From contig CP054849.1 in assembly GCA_044358425.1 (NCBI GenBank), positions 46,102-66,509 of the forward strand: 20,408 bases of DNA. The letters run 5' to 3'. The translations under genes and the position numbers were made by a program. Each line of letters opens with the position of its first letter. Within the stretch, counting starts at the first letter, position 1. Below are positions 1-8,156 of this stretch, piece by piece. The notes beneath the pieces were generated by a model. It had not been told where the DNA came from and ran no database searches. It was given only the letters and a program-made list of their open reading frames with translations. This DNA is from Marine Group I thaumarchaeote. GTDB taxonomy: Archaea; Thermoproteota; Nitrososphaeria; Nitrososphaerales; Nitrosopumilaceae.

Positions 1-468
1 GGTGTAGTTGCACAATTAGGTACAATTGCAGCTGTTGGTGCAGCATTTAATGGAGAATACTTTGTAGGACTTGGTGATACTCAAGAAGAGGCATTTGAAC
101 AATATTTGAAAAAGGTATCAGGTGTAGCATCAACTACAACAACAGCAGATGACGATTATGTTGAATTACTAAAATCAGATAGAATTGATATTATAAAATC
201 TATATTTGAAAACAATGAAATTGTGATTGCTGAACCAACATCAATTCAAATTCCATTATCATTCAATGAAGGTGAATTGTTCTTCTTTACTGAAGATGAT
301 CGTGCTGATACAGAGGAATTCTTATCCAAATTCATAGATGACTTTGTAAAACCACGAAGCGATAGAGTATTCATGTGGGAAGAAAATGCAATTTTGAATA
401 TTGGAACTGTTTATGTGAAAGATGGATTACCTGAGATACATTATGTATCAATTGAGGTTGGCAACTAA
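1..468 (+). CDS. C-terminal part of a membrane-associated protein, probably UPF0182 family (5'-truncated by window)
   Basis: Frame is open from base 1 (GVVAQLGTIAAVGAAFNGEYFVGLGDTQEEAFEQYLKK...) to TAA at 466-468, so the track start at 106 is internal. 'VGLGDTQEEAF' resembles the UPF0182 C-terminus; family call is from memory. Confidence 0.6.
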   Translation, partial: GVVAQLGTIAAVGAAFNGEYFVGLGDTQEEAFEQYLKKVSGVASTTTTADDDYVELLKSDRIDIIKSIFENNEIVIAEPTSIQIPLSFNEGELFFFTEDDRADTEEFLSKFIDDFVKPRSDRVFMWEENAILNIGTVYVKDGLPEIHYVSIEVGN

Positions 469-1011
469 TTGCTTCTAGTTGTTGATAATGGTTCTATCTA
501 CACAAAACAACTAACAGATTTTTTAACCCAAAAAAAATTTTCTTTTGAAAAATACACTCCTAATACTTTAGAATTAAACTCATTAAAAAAATACGAATCA
601 ATAATCTTATCTGGAAGAAGAAAAAATGAAAAAAAAATTAATGAAATAAATTCAAAAATTATAAAATTTTCAATTGATAATAATAAAAAATTACTTGGTA
701 TTTGTTACGGAGCTGAAATATTAGCTCTTACTTTAGGAGGTACTATTAGAAAATCAACTTCTATTCAAAAAGGTGATGAAATTATTGAAGTTTTAGAAAA
801 TAATTTAACTTCAAAAAAATCAATCACAGTTTTTGAAAGTCATTCTTTTGAAATTTCTAAATTACCGCCTATGTTGATAGCAACTGGTAAATCAAAAAAT
901 TGTAAATATGAAATTATTAAACATAAGGAAAAATCAATTTTTGGAACTCAATTTCACCCTGAAATGAGTATTGATGGTAATAATTTAATTGAAAATTTTT
1001 GTTCACTTTGA
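469..1011 (+). CDS. Class I glutamine amidotransferase (GMP synthase subunit A-like)
   Basis: Motifs 'LVVDNGS', 'ILSG', nucleophile elbow 'LGICYG' and 'GTQFHPE' (Cys-His-Glu triad). TTG start directly abuts the upstream stop. Confidence 0.85.
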   Translation: MLLVVDNGSIYTKQLTDFLTQKKFSFEKYTPNTLELNSLKKYESIILSGRRKNEKKINEINSKIIKFSIDNNKKLLGICYGAEILALTLGGTIRKSTSIQKGDEIIEVLENNLTSKKSITVFESHSFEISKLPPMLIATGKSKNCKYEIIKHKEKSIFGTQFHPEMSIDGNNLIENFCSL

Positions 1012-1044
1012 TTGATTTAATAACTCTCAAAAATTATTATTTTT

Positions 1045-2007
1045 ATGGAAGAAGAGGATCATCAATTACTTTTACCTTTAGTTGAAGATGAAAATATTTG
1101 TCTTCCTTTACCGATTAATGTTGTATCTAGATATTGGAATGTTGAATTACCTATGGCTGAGGCTATAGATTCTGCAAAGAAATATTCTGACTTTAATGGA
1201 AGTATAATTATTGAAGGGATCGAACTTGCAGAAAGACATGGGCTATCTTGCAAAATTGTTCATTCATCCTTAAATGAATTAAAAAAAATTATTGATTCAG
1301 GAATACCTCCAATTGTAATTCTTCCTGGAATTCCTGAAATTACACAACACGCTTCAGTAATTACTGGTTATAATGAAGATGAAAAAACAATTTTACATTA
1401 TATTCAAAAAGGTAACCAAGAAGGAGAACAACAAGAAGGTGCAATACCTCAAGAAATTTTTGATAGAGAGTGGTCAGAAGAAGGAAAACTAATGATAATT
1501 ATTTCACCTCCTGATATTTTATCAAAAATTACATTAGAAAATGATTCTAAGAATAAATCTAATCGTTTATGTTTTGATTCTGAAAAACAAAATATTTTAC
1601 AAAATTATTCTGAAGCACTTTCATCTTTAAAACAATCTATAGAACTTGATCCAAATAATTCAACTGCACTTCATTTGTATGCAACAATGTTAAATCAACA
1701 AAAATCACCTGACTGTGTTTCATTTTATGAACAAAGCTTCAAAATTAATTCTAGATCATATTTAACATTTAATGGATTAGGAAATTTTTATTTAAAAACA
1801 AATGAATTTGAAAAAGCAGAAAATTTTTACAGTAAAGCAATTGAAATTAATCCAAAAAGATCTGCAAAAATTTACAAAAATCGCGCTTATCTACGCGAAA
1901 AGTTAAATAAAAATTCTGATGCTAAGGAAGATCTAAAGTCATATTTGAAATATTTTCCAAAAGCACCTGACAGAGGAATAATAGAACAGGCAATTAGAGA
2001 AATTTAA
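1045..2007 (+). CDS. Peptidase C39-like domain plus C-terminal tetratricopeptide repeats
   Basis: N-terminal 'ENIC19...SRYW', 'SLNELKKIIDSGIPPIV', 'QH102ASVITGY' fit a C39-like fold. TPR motifs 'SIELDPNNSTAL', 'TFNGLGNFYLKTNEFEKAENFYSKAIEINP', 'IYKNRAYL'. Confidence 0.75.
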   Translation: MEEEDHQLLLPLVEDENICLPLPINVVSRYWNVELPMAEAIDSAKKYSDFNGSIIIEGIELAERHGLSCKIVHSSLNELKKIIDSGIPPIVILPGIPEITQHASVITGYNEDEKTILHYIQKGNQEGEQQEGAIPQEIFDREWSEEGKLMIIISPPDILSKITLENDSKNKSNRLCFDSEKQNILQNYSEALSSLKQSIELDPNNSTALHLYATMLNQQKSPDCVSFYEQSFKINSRSYLTFNGLGNFYLKTNEFEKAENFYSKAIEINPKRSAKIYKNRAYLREKLNKNSDAKEDLKSYLKYFPKAPDRGIIEQAIREI

Positions 2008-2081
2008 TGCGGAATACGGGATTTGAACCCGTGACCTTCAGCTTGGGAAGCTGACGTCATACCAGACTAAACTAATTCCGC
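2008..2081 (-). tRNA. tRNA-Gly (anticodon CCC), no intron, CCA not encoded
   Basis: Reverse complement GCGGAATTAGTTTAGTCTGGTATGACGTCAGCTTCCCAAGCTGAAGGTCACGGGTTCAAATCCCGTATTCCGCA: acceptor GCGGAAT/ATTCCGC, anticodon arm TCAGC-TTCCCAA-GCTGA, T arm ACGGG-TTCAAAT-CCCGT. Confidence 0.97.
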
Positions 2082-2103
2082 TTACTATTTTTTTATAAAT
2101 ATG

Positions 2104-2110
2104 ATTAAAT
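2104..2110. promoter_or_regulatory. Candidate TATA element shared by the divergent tRNA-Gly and Zn-finger gene
   Basis: ATTAAAT/ATTTAAT centred at 2107, 26 nt from the tRNA 5' end (2081) and 26 nt from ATG 2133; matches archaeal TATA spacing. Confidence 0.4.
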
Positions 2111-2132
2111 ATCTTAATTACGAATATACCTC

Positions 2133-2306
2133 ATGGATGCAAAATGTCCTGAATGTGAACGAGTTGCAATTTTGAATGACGATGTAACTAGTGTAAAGTG
2201 TCCTCATTGTAATTTTGAAGCAGATTATGATACGTATCTTGAGATTATGAAAGATCACGCTATGAACATGGCATCAGATTATATTCCAGATCGACCTGGT
2301 ATGTGA
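2133..2306 (+). CDS. 57-aa zinc-ribbon microprotein (not in ORF track)
   Basis: Manual translation MDAKCPECERVAILNDDVTSVKCPHCNFEADYDTYLEIMKDHAMNMASDYIPDRPGM*; two CPxC pairs. Confidence 0.85.
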   Translation: MDAKCPECERVAILNDDVTSVKCPHCNFEADYDTYLEIMKDHAMNMASDYIPDRPGM

Positions 2307-2429
2307 TTACCAAAAATTACCTTTATCTGAACAATCTAAATGGGCTCCACAATTTGGACAAAACATATGACATGCTTGCATGTCGACCATTTTATTTTCA
2401 CATCTCGGACATGTGATTTCCTCTCCCAT
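2307..2429 (-). CDS. 40-aa zinc-finger microprotein (not in ORF track)
   Basis: Manual translation MGEEITCPRCENKMVDMQACHMFCPNCGAHLDCSDKGNFW*; CPRC and CPNCG plus two more Cys. TATA-like tract at about 2451-2460. Confidence 0.8.
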   Translation of the reverse strand: MGEEITCPRCENKMVDMQACHMFCPNCGAHLDCSDKGNFW

Positions 2430-2503
2430 GACTATCTATGGAATTATTGATTTAAAAATAATGTCCAAAGGTTAATTAGTACTTCAACTTTTTTTTCGAA
2501 TAC

Positions 2504-2902
2504 TTGGCAAACTTCAAGCTTACAATATCAGATATCAAAGGAAAGTCTCTATCTAAGGAACTAAAAGATAGTGATGCAAATCCATTATTGGGATTAGAAT
2601 TAGGAAATGAAACAGATGCAGCAGTTGTTGGTCTTAGTGGAAAATTAAAACTAACTGGTGGTAGTGATAAATCTGGTGTTCCTATGAGAGATGATGTTCA
2701 TGGTTCTGCAAGAAAACGTGTTTTACTTTCAAAAGGTGTTGGATTACAAGATGCAGAACATGGTGATCGAGTAAGAAAATTAATTCGTGGAAATATTATC
2801 TCTGAAGAAATTTATCAAATAAATTGTAAATTTGATGGTGAATTACCAGTTGAAGCACCTGCAGAAGAACCAGCTGCAGAAACTGAAGATAAGAAAGAAT
2901 AA
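2504..2902 (+). CDS. rps6e: 30S ribosomal protein S6e
   Basis: 'KLKLTGGSDKSGVPMRDDVHG...RVRKLIRGN' S6e signature; upstream of aIF2-gamma as usual in archaea. Confidence 0.96.
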   Translation: MANFKLTISDIKGKSLSKELKDSDANPLLGLELGNETDAAVVGLSGKLKLTGGSDKSGVPMRDDVHGSARKRVLLSKGVGLQDAEHGDRVRKLIRGNIISEEIYQINCKFDGELPVEAPAEEPAAETEDKKE

Positions 2903-2933
2903 CTTAACATATACCGATTCTATATTTTGACTC

Positions 2934-4196
2934 ATGCATTGGCGAGAAACGCTTCCTGATTGGTACATCAAAAAATACGGTTATCAACCATGTGTCAATA
3001 TAGGAACTTCAGGACATGTAGATCATGGAAAAACTAGTCTAATTCAAGCATTAACAGGTTCATGGACAAGTGTACATAGTCAAGAATTAAAACGTGGAAT
3101 TACAATACGTGTTGGTTATTCTGATGCTGCCTTTTACAAATGTAAAAAATGTGAAGAACCATTAGGATATTCTACAACTCCAAAATGTAATAATTGTGGA
3201 GATGAAAGTGAATTATCTCGAGTTGTAAGTTTTGTAGATAGCCCTGGACACGAAAGTTTGATGGCAAATATGCTTTCAGGTTCTGCCTTAATGGATGGAG
3301 CATTATTGTTAGTTGCAGCAAATGAACAAGTTCCAAAACCACAAACAAAAGAACATCTTTTAGCTCTTCAAACTCTTGGAATTAAACAAATAGTTGTACT
3401 TCAAAATAAAGTAGATTTACTTTCTCATGATGAAGTATTATCAAATTATAAAGAAATTACAAAATTTGTCAAGGACACTAATGCTGCAAAATCCCCAATT
3501 ATTCCAATTTCTGCTCAATCTGGTTTAAATCTTGATGCATTAATTGGTTTAATAGAATCTACCATTAAAACACCTGAACGAGATGAAAAAGCTGATCCAG
3601 TAATGCATGTTTTACGTTCTTTTGATGTCAACAAACCTGGTATCAAATTGAAAGATATCAAAGGTGGTGTAATTGGTGGAAGTTTAACTCAAGGAATTTT
3701 TAATGTTGGTGATGAAATTGAAATTAAACCCGGTCTAATGAATGAAAAAAAGAAATCATATGAACCAATTCTTACAGAAATTACCTCATTAGGAACTGCT
3801 GCAGGAATTGTTGAATCAGTAAAACCTGGAGGTTTAGTTGCAATTGGTACAAAATTAGATCCATCTATGACTAGAAGTGATTCATTTATTGGTTCAGTAA
3901 TTGGAAAACCTGGAACACTTCCTGAAAATTCTACAAAACTAAAACTAAGTGTAAATTTATTTGATTCAGCTGTTGGAACTACTGAAGATATCAAAGTTAA
4001 TCCTATCCAAAATGGTGAATTACTTAGATTAAACATTGGAACTGCTCCAGTTTTAGGTAAAGTCACAAAAGTCAAATCCTCTAATGTCGAAATTGAACTT
4101 AGACGTCCTGCTTGCATCTTTAAAGATGGACATGTGGCAATTAGTAGAAGAATTGCTGAAAGATGGAGATTGATTGGTGCAGGTATAGTTGGTTGA
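2934..4196 (+). CDS. eif2g: Translation initiation factor aIF2 gamma subunit
   Basis: GHVDHGKT, RGITI, DSPGHE and NKVD GTPase motifs, CKKC..CNNC Zn ribbon, C-terminal 'RWRLIG'. Confidence 0.98.
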   Translation: MHWRETLPDWYIKKYGYQPCVNIGTSGHVDHGKTSLIQALTGSWTSVHSQELKRGITIRVGYSDAAFYKCKKCEEPLGYSTTPKCNNCGDESELSRVVSFVDSPGHESLMANMLSGSALMDGALLLVAANEQVPKPQTKEHLLALQTLGIKQIVVLQNKVDLLSHDEVLSNYKEITKFVKDTNAAKSPIIPISAQSGLNLDALIGLIESTIKTPERDEKADPVMHVLRSFDVNKPGIKLKDIKGGVIGGSLTQGIFNVGDEIEIKPGLMNEKKKSYEPILTEITSLGTAAGIVESVKPGGLVAIGTKLDPSMTRSDSFIGSVIGKPGTLPENSTKLKLSVNLFDSAVGTTEDIKVNPIQNGELLRLNIGTAPVLGKVTKVKSSNVEIELRRPACIFKDGHVAISRRIAERWRLIGAGIVG

Positions 4197-4557
4197 AGTA
4201 ATCTGTGACACCAATTTTTTAATTCATTTAGCAACTAGACGAATCAAAAATATTGATAATTTAGATATGGAAATAGGCTCAATTTCTTTTATTGTTCCCG
4301 AAGTTGTTAAAAATGAATTAATAAAATTGCAACAAATTCCAGAAAAAAATCAAGAAATTACTCAAACATTAAATTTTATTAAAAAATTAAAAATTATTCA
4401 AATAAATGGAAATTATGCAGATGAAGAGCTAATCAAGTATGTAAAAAATAATCGAAGTATAATCGGTACAATGGATAAAGCACTTAAAAATAAAATCAAA
4501 AAATTTGGTAGTTCTATTTTATCAATTCATAATGATAAAATAATTCTTGAAAGTTAG
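4189..4557 (+). CDS. PIN-domain nuclease (Fcf1/Utp24-like)
   Basis: 'ICDTNF', 'VKNEL', 'ADEEL', 'TMDKAL' acidic PIN residues; overlaps the aIF2-gamma stop, a conserved archaeal context. Confidence 0.88.
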   Translation: MVEVICDTNFLIHLATRRIKNIDNLDMEIGSISFIVPEVVKNELIKLQQIPEKNQEITQTLNFIKKLKIIQINGNYADEELIKYVKNNRSIIGTMDKALKNKIKKFGSSILSIHNDKIILES

Positions 4558-4591
4558 AAAACTTTATTTTTAAATTAATTAATTGAATTCT

Positions 4592-5020
4592 ATGTCTGAA
4601 TTCACTATTACTAGTTCTGATTTTAATGATGGAGATGAAATTCCGAATAAATTTGGGTACAAGTTTGAAAATAAAGAGCCAAAATTAGATTTTAAAAATA
4701 TACCAGATGGTACGAAAAGTATTGGATTAATCATGGATGATCCTGATGCAGTGGCTGCAGTTGGAAAAGTCTGGGTTCATTGGTTACGTTATTTTGAATA
4801 TCCTTCAAAAAATTTAATTGTAGAAGGTAAAACTGATTTTGATGAAATTGGATATGGTGGACCAGCACCACCTAATGGAAGACATACCTACATTTTCAAA
4901 GGATATGCTCTTGATACAACATTAGATTTGAAAAAAGGTTATTCTAAACAAGAATTAGAAAGTTTGATGCAAGGTCATATTATTGAAGAAGCAAAATTAA
5001 CTGGAACTTTTGCTCCATAG
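4592..5020 (+). CDS. YbhB/YbcL (PEBP / Raf-kinase-inhibitor-like) protein
   Basis: 'IMDDPDA...WVHW', 'GYGGPAPPNGRHTYIF..YALD'. ATG 4592 preferred over TTG 4583. Confidence 0.92.
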   Translation: MSEFTITSSDFNDGDEIPNKFGYKFENKEPKLDFKNIPDGTKSIGLIMDDPDAVAAVGKVWVHWLRYFEYPSKNLIVEGKTDFDEIGYGGPAPPNGRHTYIFKGYALDTTLDLKKGYSKQELESLMQGHIIEEAKLTGTFAP

Positions 5021-5029
5021 CGTTATTTT

Positions 5030-5185
5030 TTAAGAATATCTTTCTGCTAATCTATATCTCATGTATTTATCATCTGGTGAAAATTTAGCTGGATGTACTG
5101 ATTTTGTATCTTCACCACATTTTGGACATTTATTTTTTAATGTGTAGTGACTACATTTTGTGCATTTTCGTAATTGAAATCTCAT
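5030..5185 (-). CDS. nop10: H/ACA RNP protein Nop10
   Basis: [24 protein letters not shown]...[15 protein letters not shown]; ATG at 5185, immediately after the aIF2-alpha stop. Confidence 0.95.
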   Translation of the reverse strand: MRFQLRKCTKCSHYTLKNKCPKCGEDTKSVHPAKFSPDDKYMRYRLAERYS

Positions 5186-5186
5186 T

Positions 5187-5978
5187 TTAATTTTCTCTTG
5201 TTTTCTTAGAATCTTCTCTTGTAAATTTGAAAACACCTTTTTTCTTTTCTATATTAGTTTGAATTTCTTGAATTATTGGTTTTAATGTTTTTTCAGCAGA
5301 TTTAAAATCTTCAGATGTAATTGATATTCTGTATTTTGGTGCACCTAAATATGTAATATCTAATGTTGAATCTTTTTTTATTACATCTAACAATGTTTTT
5401 TTAATTATTTCAACTCCGTCTGATTTATTATTTGTAATCTCCATTATTCCTCTAATTTCTACTGATGGTAATTTTATTTTTGAACAGATGTCCTCAATTG
5501 CAGTTGTAGTCTTTTTTGCTAATTTTAATTCTTTAATTGTAATAATTCCATTTCTTGCAATTTCCATAAATGCATCATAAACTGAATCAAATTTTGTATA
5601 AATTTTATCTTCAATTTTTTCAATTTCTTCATCCGATAGTTTTGCATTGTCTTGTACATTTTGTAACAATGTTTTTCCTTTTTCAAATTTTTTAACTTCT
5701 TTTAATTTCTGCTTTTTTTGATCTTTGGAAACTTGTTTTAATGATAAATCGATATCTCCTGCTTTTACTTTTTTTACAAGTAAAACTTTCTTTTCTCCGT
5801 CTTTTACAAATCGATTGACTGATCTAATCCAGCCTGGTGCAATTTCAGAAATATGTAAAAATCCTTGAATATCATCATATTCGTCTAATGTGACATATGC
5901 TCCATGATCCATCACTTTAGTAACTGTGGCTAGAATGATTTCACCTTGTTCTGGCATTTCTTGAATTTCAGTGGACAA
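5187..5978 (-). CDS. eif2a: Translation initiation factor aIF2 alpha subunit
   Basis: S1 domain 'PEQGEII...GAYVTLDEY...GFLHISE...IDLSLK' and C-terminal 'YLGAPKYRI'; adjacent to nop10. Confidence 0.96.
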   Translation of the reverse strand: MSTEIQEMPEQGEIILATVTKVMDHGAYVTLDEYDDIQGFLHISEIAPGWIRSVNRFVKDGEKKVLLVKKVKAGDIDLSLKQVSKDQKKQKLKEVKKFEKGKTLLQNVQDNAKLSDEEIEKIEDKIYTKFDSVYDAFMEIARNGIITIKELKLAKKTTTAIEDICSKIKLPSVEIRGIMEITNNKSDGVEIIKKTLLDVIKKDSTLDITYLGAPKYRISITSEDFKSAEKTLKPIIQEIQTNIEKKKGVFKFTREDSKKTREN

Positions 5979-6018
5979 TTCTTCTAAAAATTTCCAATCT
6001 GTAAATTAATGTTGCTCG

Positions 6019-6552
6019 TTAGAAGTCAATTCCTTCTTTTGCTTTTATACCCTTTTGAAATGGATGCTTAATTTCTTTCATTTCTGTTACTAGATCTGCA
6101 ACCTCGATTACTTCCTCTTTAGCATAATTACCTGTTAACACTAGATCTACATTTTCCGGTTTAGATTTTATTAAATTTAAAACATCATCAAGAGAAATTA
6201 AATTAAGATTTACTGCATAATTTATTTCATCCAAAATTACTATGTCGTATTTCCCTGATTGCATTTTTTCATTACTTATTCTAATTGCTTCTTTTGCAAT
6301 TTTTTGATGATCTTCTTTTGGACTTTTATCATCTATTATTCCAACAAATCCTTTACCTATAGCAACCATTTCGAATTCTGGTTCCAATCGTTTGGATGAT
6401 TCCATTTCACCGTAATGCCAGGAACCTTTAATGAATTGAATCATGCATATTTTCTTTTTATATCCAGTAGCTCTTAATGCAATTCCTAAAGCTGCAGTAG
6501 TTTTGCCCTTACCTTTTCCTGTATAAACAATTGTTAATCCATTTTTACTCAT
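6019..6552 (-). CDS. cobO: Cob(I)yrinic acid a,c-diamide adenosyltransferase (CobO/BtuR)
   Basis: 'VYTGKGKGKTTAALG', 'QFIKG', 'ILDEI', 'VLTG', 'KHPFQKGIKAKEGIDF'. Confidence 0.95.
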   Translation of the reverse strand: MSKNGLTIVYTGKGKGKTTAALGIALRATGYKKKICMIQFIKGSWHYGEMESSKRLEPEFEMVAIGKGFVGIIDDKSPKEDHQKIAKEAIRISNEKMQSGKYDIVILDEINYAVNLNLISLDDVLNLIKSKPENVDLVLTGNYAKEEVIEVADLVTEMKEIKHPFQKGIKAKEGIDF

Positions 6553-6637
6553 AAGTACTAGTTAATTTTTATCAGTAAAAACATTCGTAATTTTTGCAAG
6601 GTATCAATTTAAATAAAAAAAAAATTCTACAGATACA

Positions 6638-7993
6638 TTGAAAATACCAAGAATTGTTTTAGCAGGAGCAACTAGCGGGGTTGGTAAAACATCGATCACA
6701 TGTTCAATTATTTATGCTTTACAAAAAAGAGGTTTTTCAGTACAACCGTTCAAAGTAGGTCCTGATTATATTGATCCCAGTTACTTGTCAAGTATTTCAA
6801 AAAATGAAACATACAATCTTGATGTATGGTTAATGGGTAAAAAACAAGTTTTAGAAAGTTTTGTATCTCATTCAAATTCAGATATTTCAATAATTGAGGG
6901 TGTAATGGGATATTATGATGGATTTGAGGGAAATTCTAATCATGCTAGTACTCATCATGTAGCATCCATAACTAAATCTCCTGTAATTTTAGTACTAGAT
7001 GCAAGTAAAACTGCTCGTTCTATTGGTGCTACAGCTTTAGGATTTCAAAAATTTCACAAAAATTCTAGAATTGTTGGAATTATTTTAAATAAAATTGGTA
7101 GTAAAAAACATGAAATTCTATGTCGAGATGCATTAGAAAAAACAAAATTATCTATTATTGGAGTAATTCCAAAAAATCCACTATTAAATTTAGAATCTAG
7201 ACATCTTGGATTAATTTCTACATATGATAATAAAATTTTAAAAAATAAATTAGAAAAGGTTTCAAAAATAATTTCAGAGTCATTAGATGTAGATAAAATT
7301 TTAAAAATTATTAAAAATCCTGTACCTATTCCTAAAAATCAAACAAAAAGTAATAAAAAATCTAAAGTTAAAATTGCAATTGCTTTAGATAATTCTTTTA
7401 ATTTCTATTATGATGATAATTTGAATGCATTAAGACGTAATGGCGCATCATTAACTTTCTTTAGCCCTATTAAAAATAAAAAAATCCCAAAATGTGATGG
7501 ATTGTACATAGGTGGAGGATTTCCTGAAATATTGGGAAATGATTTATCAAAGAATCAATCCATGAAAAAATCAATCAAAAAATTATCTGATAACGATTTT
7601 CCAATTTATGCAGAATGTGGTGGATTGATGTATCTAACTAAATCCATTACAAATAATAAAAAAAAATACAAAATGGTTGGTTTGATAGATGCTGAAACAA
7701 TTATGACAAAAAAAATGAGGCTAAATTATACAAAAGGAAAATTATCTAGTAAAAATATACTATCTGATACTTTACATGGATTTCAAGGTCATGAATTTCA
7801 TTATTCTCAATTGAAATCTGTTGCATCAGATTCAAAATTTGCTTTTGATTTAGAAATTGGAGAGGGAATTACAAATCATAAAGACGGAATTATTCAAAAT
7901 AACACTCTTGCTTCATATGGTCATCTTTATTTTGATAGTTCTAATTATGCTAAAATTTTTGTCAATAATTGTATAAATCAATCACGAAAGTAG
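6638..7993 (+). CDS. cbiA: Cobyrinate a,c-diamide synthase
   Basis: 'SGVGKT', 'FKVGPDYIDP', 'IEGVMG', 'ESRHLGL', 'GGGFPE', 'YAECGGLMYL', 'GHEFHYS'. Confidence 0.96.
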   Translation: MKIPRIVLAGATSGVGKTSITCSIIYALQKRGFSVQPFKVGPDYIDPSYLSSISKNETYNLDVWLMGKKQVLESFVSHSNSDISIIEGVMGYYDGFEGNSNHASTHHVASITKSPVILVLDASKTARSIGATALGFQKFHKNSRIVGIILNKIGSKKHEILCRDALEKTKLSIIGVIPKNPLLNLESRHLGLISTYDNKILKNKLEKVSKIISESLDVDKILKIIKNPVPIPKNQTKSNKKSKVKIAIALDNSFNFYYDDNLNALRRNGASLTFFSPIKNKKIPKCDGLYIGGGFPEILGNDLSKNQSMKKSIKKLSDNDFPIYAECGGLMYLTKSITNNKKKYKMVGLIDAETIMTKKMRLNYTKGKLSSKNILSDTLHGFQGHEFHYSQLKSVASDSKFAFDLEIGEGITNHKDGIIQNNTLASYGHLYFDSSNYAKIFVNNCINQSRK

Positions 7994-8088
7994 ATTTTTT
8001 TGAATAAAGATAGGAACCTCCTTTCTGGCAAAAGCAAGGAGGGCTCTATGATTCCTTTTGTTTGTGAATAATCATATTCGTCATTCAT
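7978..8088 (-). CDS. Possible 36-aa hypothetical microprotein
   Basis: MNDEYDYSQTKGIIEPSLLLPERRFLSLFKKIYFRD*; ATG start, fills most of the gap and overlaps the cbiA end by 16 nt. No recognisable motif. Confidence 0.3.
   Translation of the reverse strand: MNDEYDYSQTKGIIEPSLLLPERRFLSLFKKIYFRD
7995..8001 (+). terminator. Oligo-T tract, candidate archaeal terminator of cbiA
   Basis: T7 run starting 2 nt after the cbiA TAG stop. Confidence 0.35.
8010..8049. repeat. Imperfect GC-rich inverted repeat / stem-loop
   Basis: ATAG-gaa-CCTCCTT(8017-8023)...AAGGAGG(8036-8042)-gct-CTAT. Confidence 0.55.
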
Positions 8089-8156
8089 TTTATTAAAACT
8101 TCATCAAAATTTGATCCTAGTGATAATTCAATTTAGCTTATAGAAAAATAATTCTT

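Noticed and set aside
1062-1253. 63-aa minus-strand ORF
   Set aside because: Antisense shadow inside the C39-TPR gene; no motifs.
2008-2081. tRNA-Gly as an integration site
   Set aside because: No duplicated tRNA 3' end, integrase or foreign block seen nearby.
3689-4234. 181-aa minus-strand ORF
   Set aside because: Antisense to conserved aIF2-gamma; composition typical of a shadow frame.
4189-4557. PIN protein as a VapC toxin of a toxin-antitoxin pair
   Set aside because: No upstream antitoxin; position after aIF2-gamma is the conserved housekeeping context.
5186-5236. N-terminal extension of Nop10 in the ORF track
   Set aside because: Overlaps aIF2-alpha; the Nop10-like sequence begins at ATG 5185.
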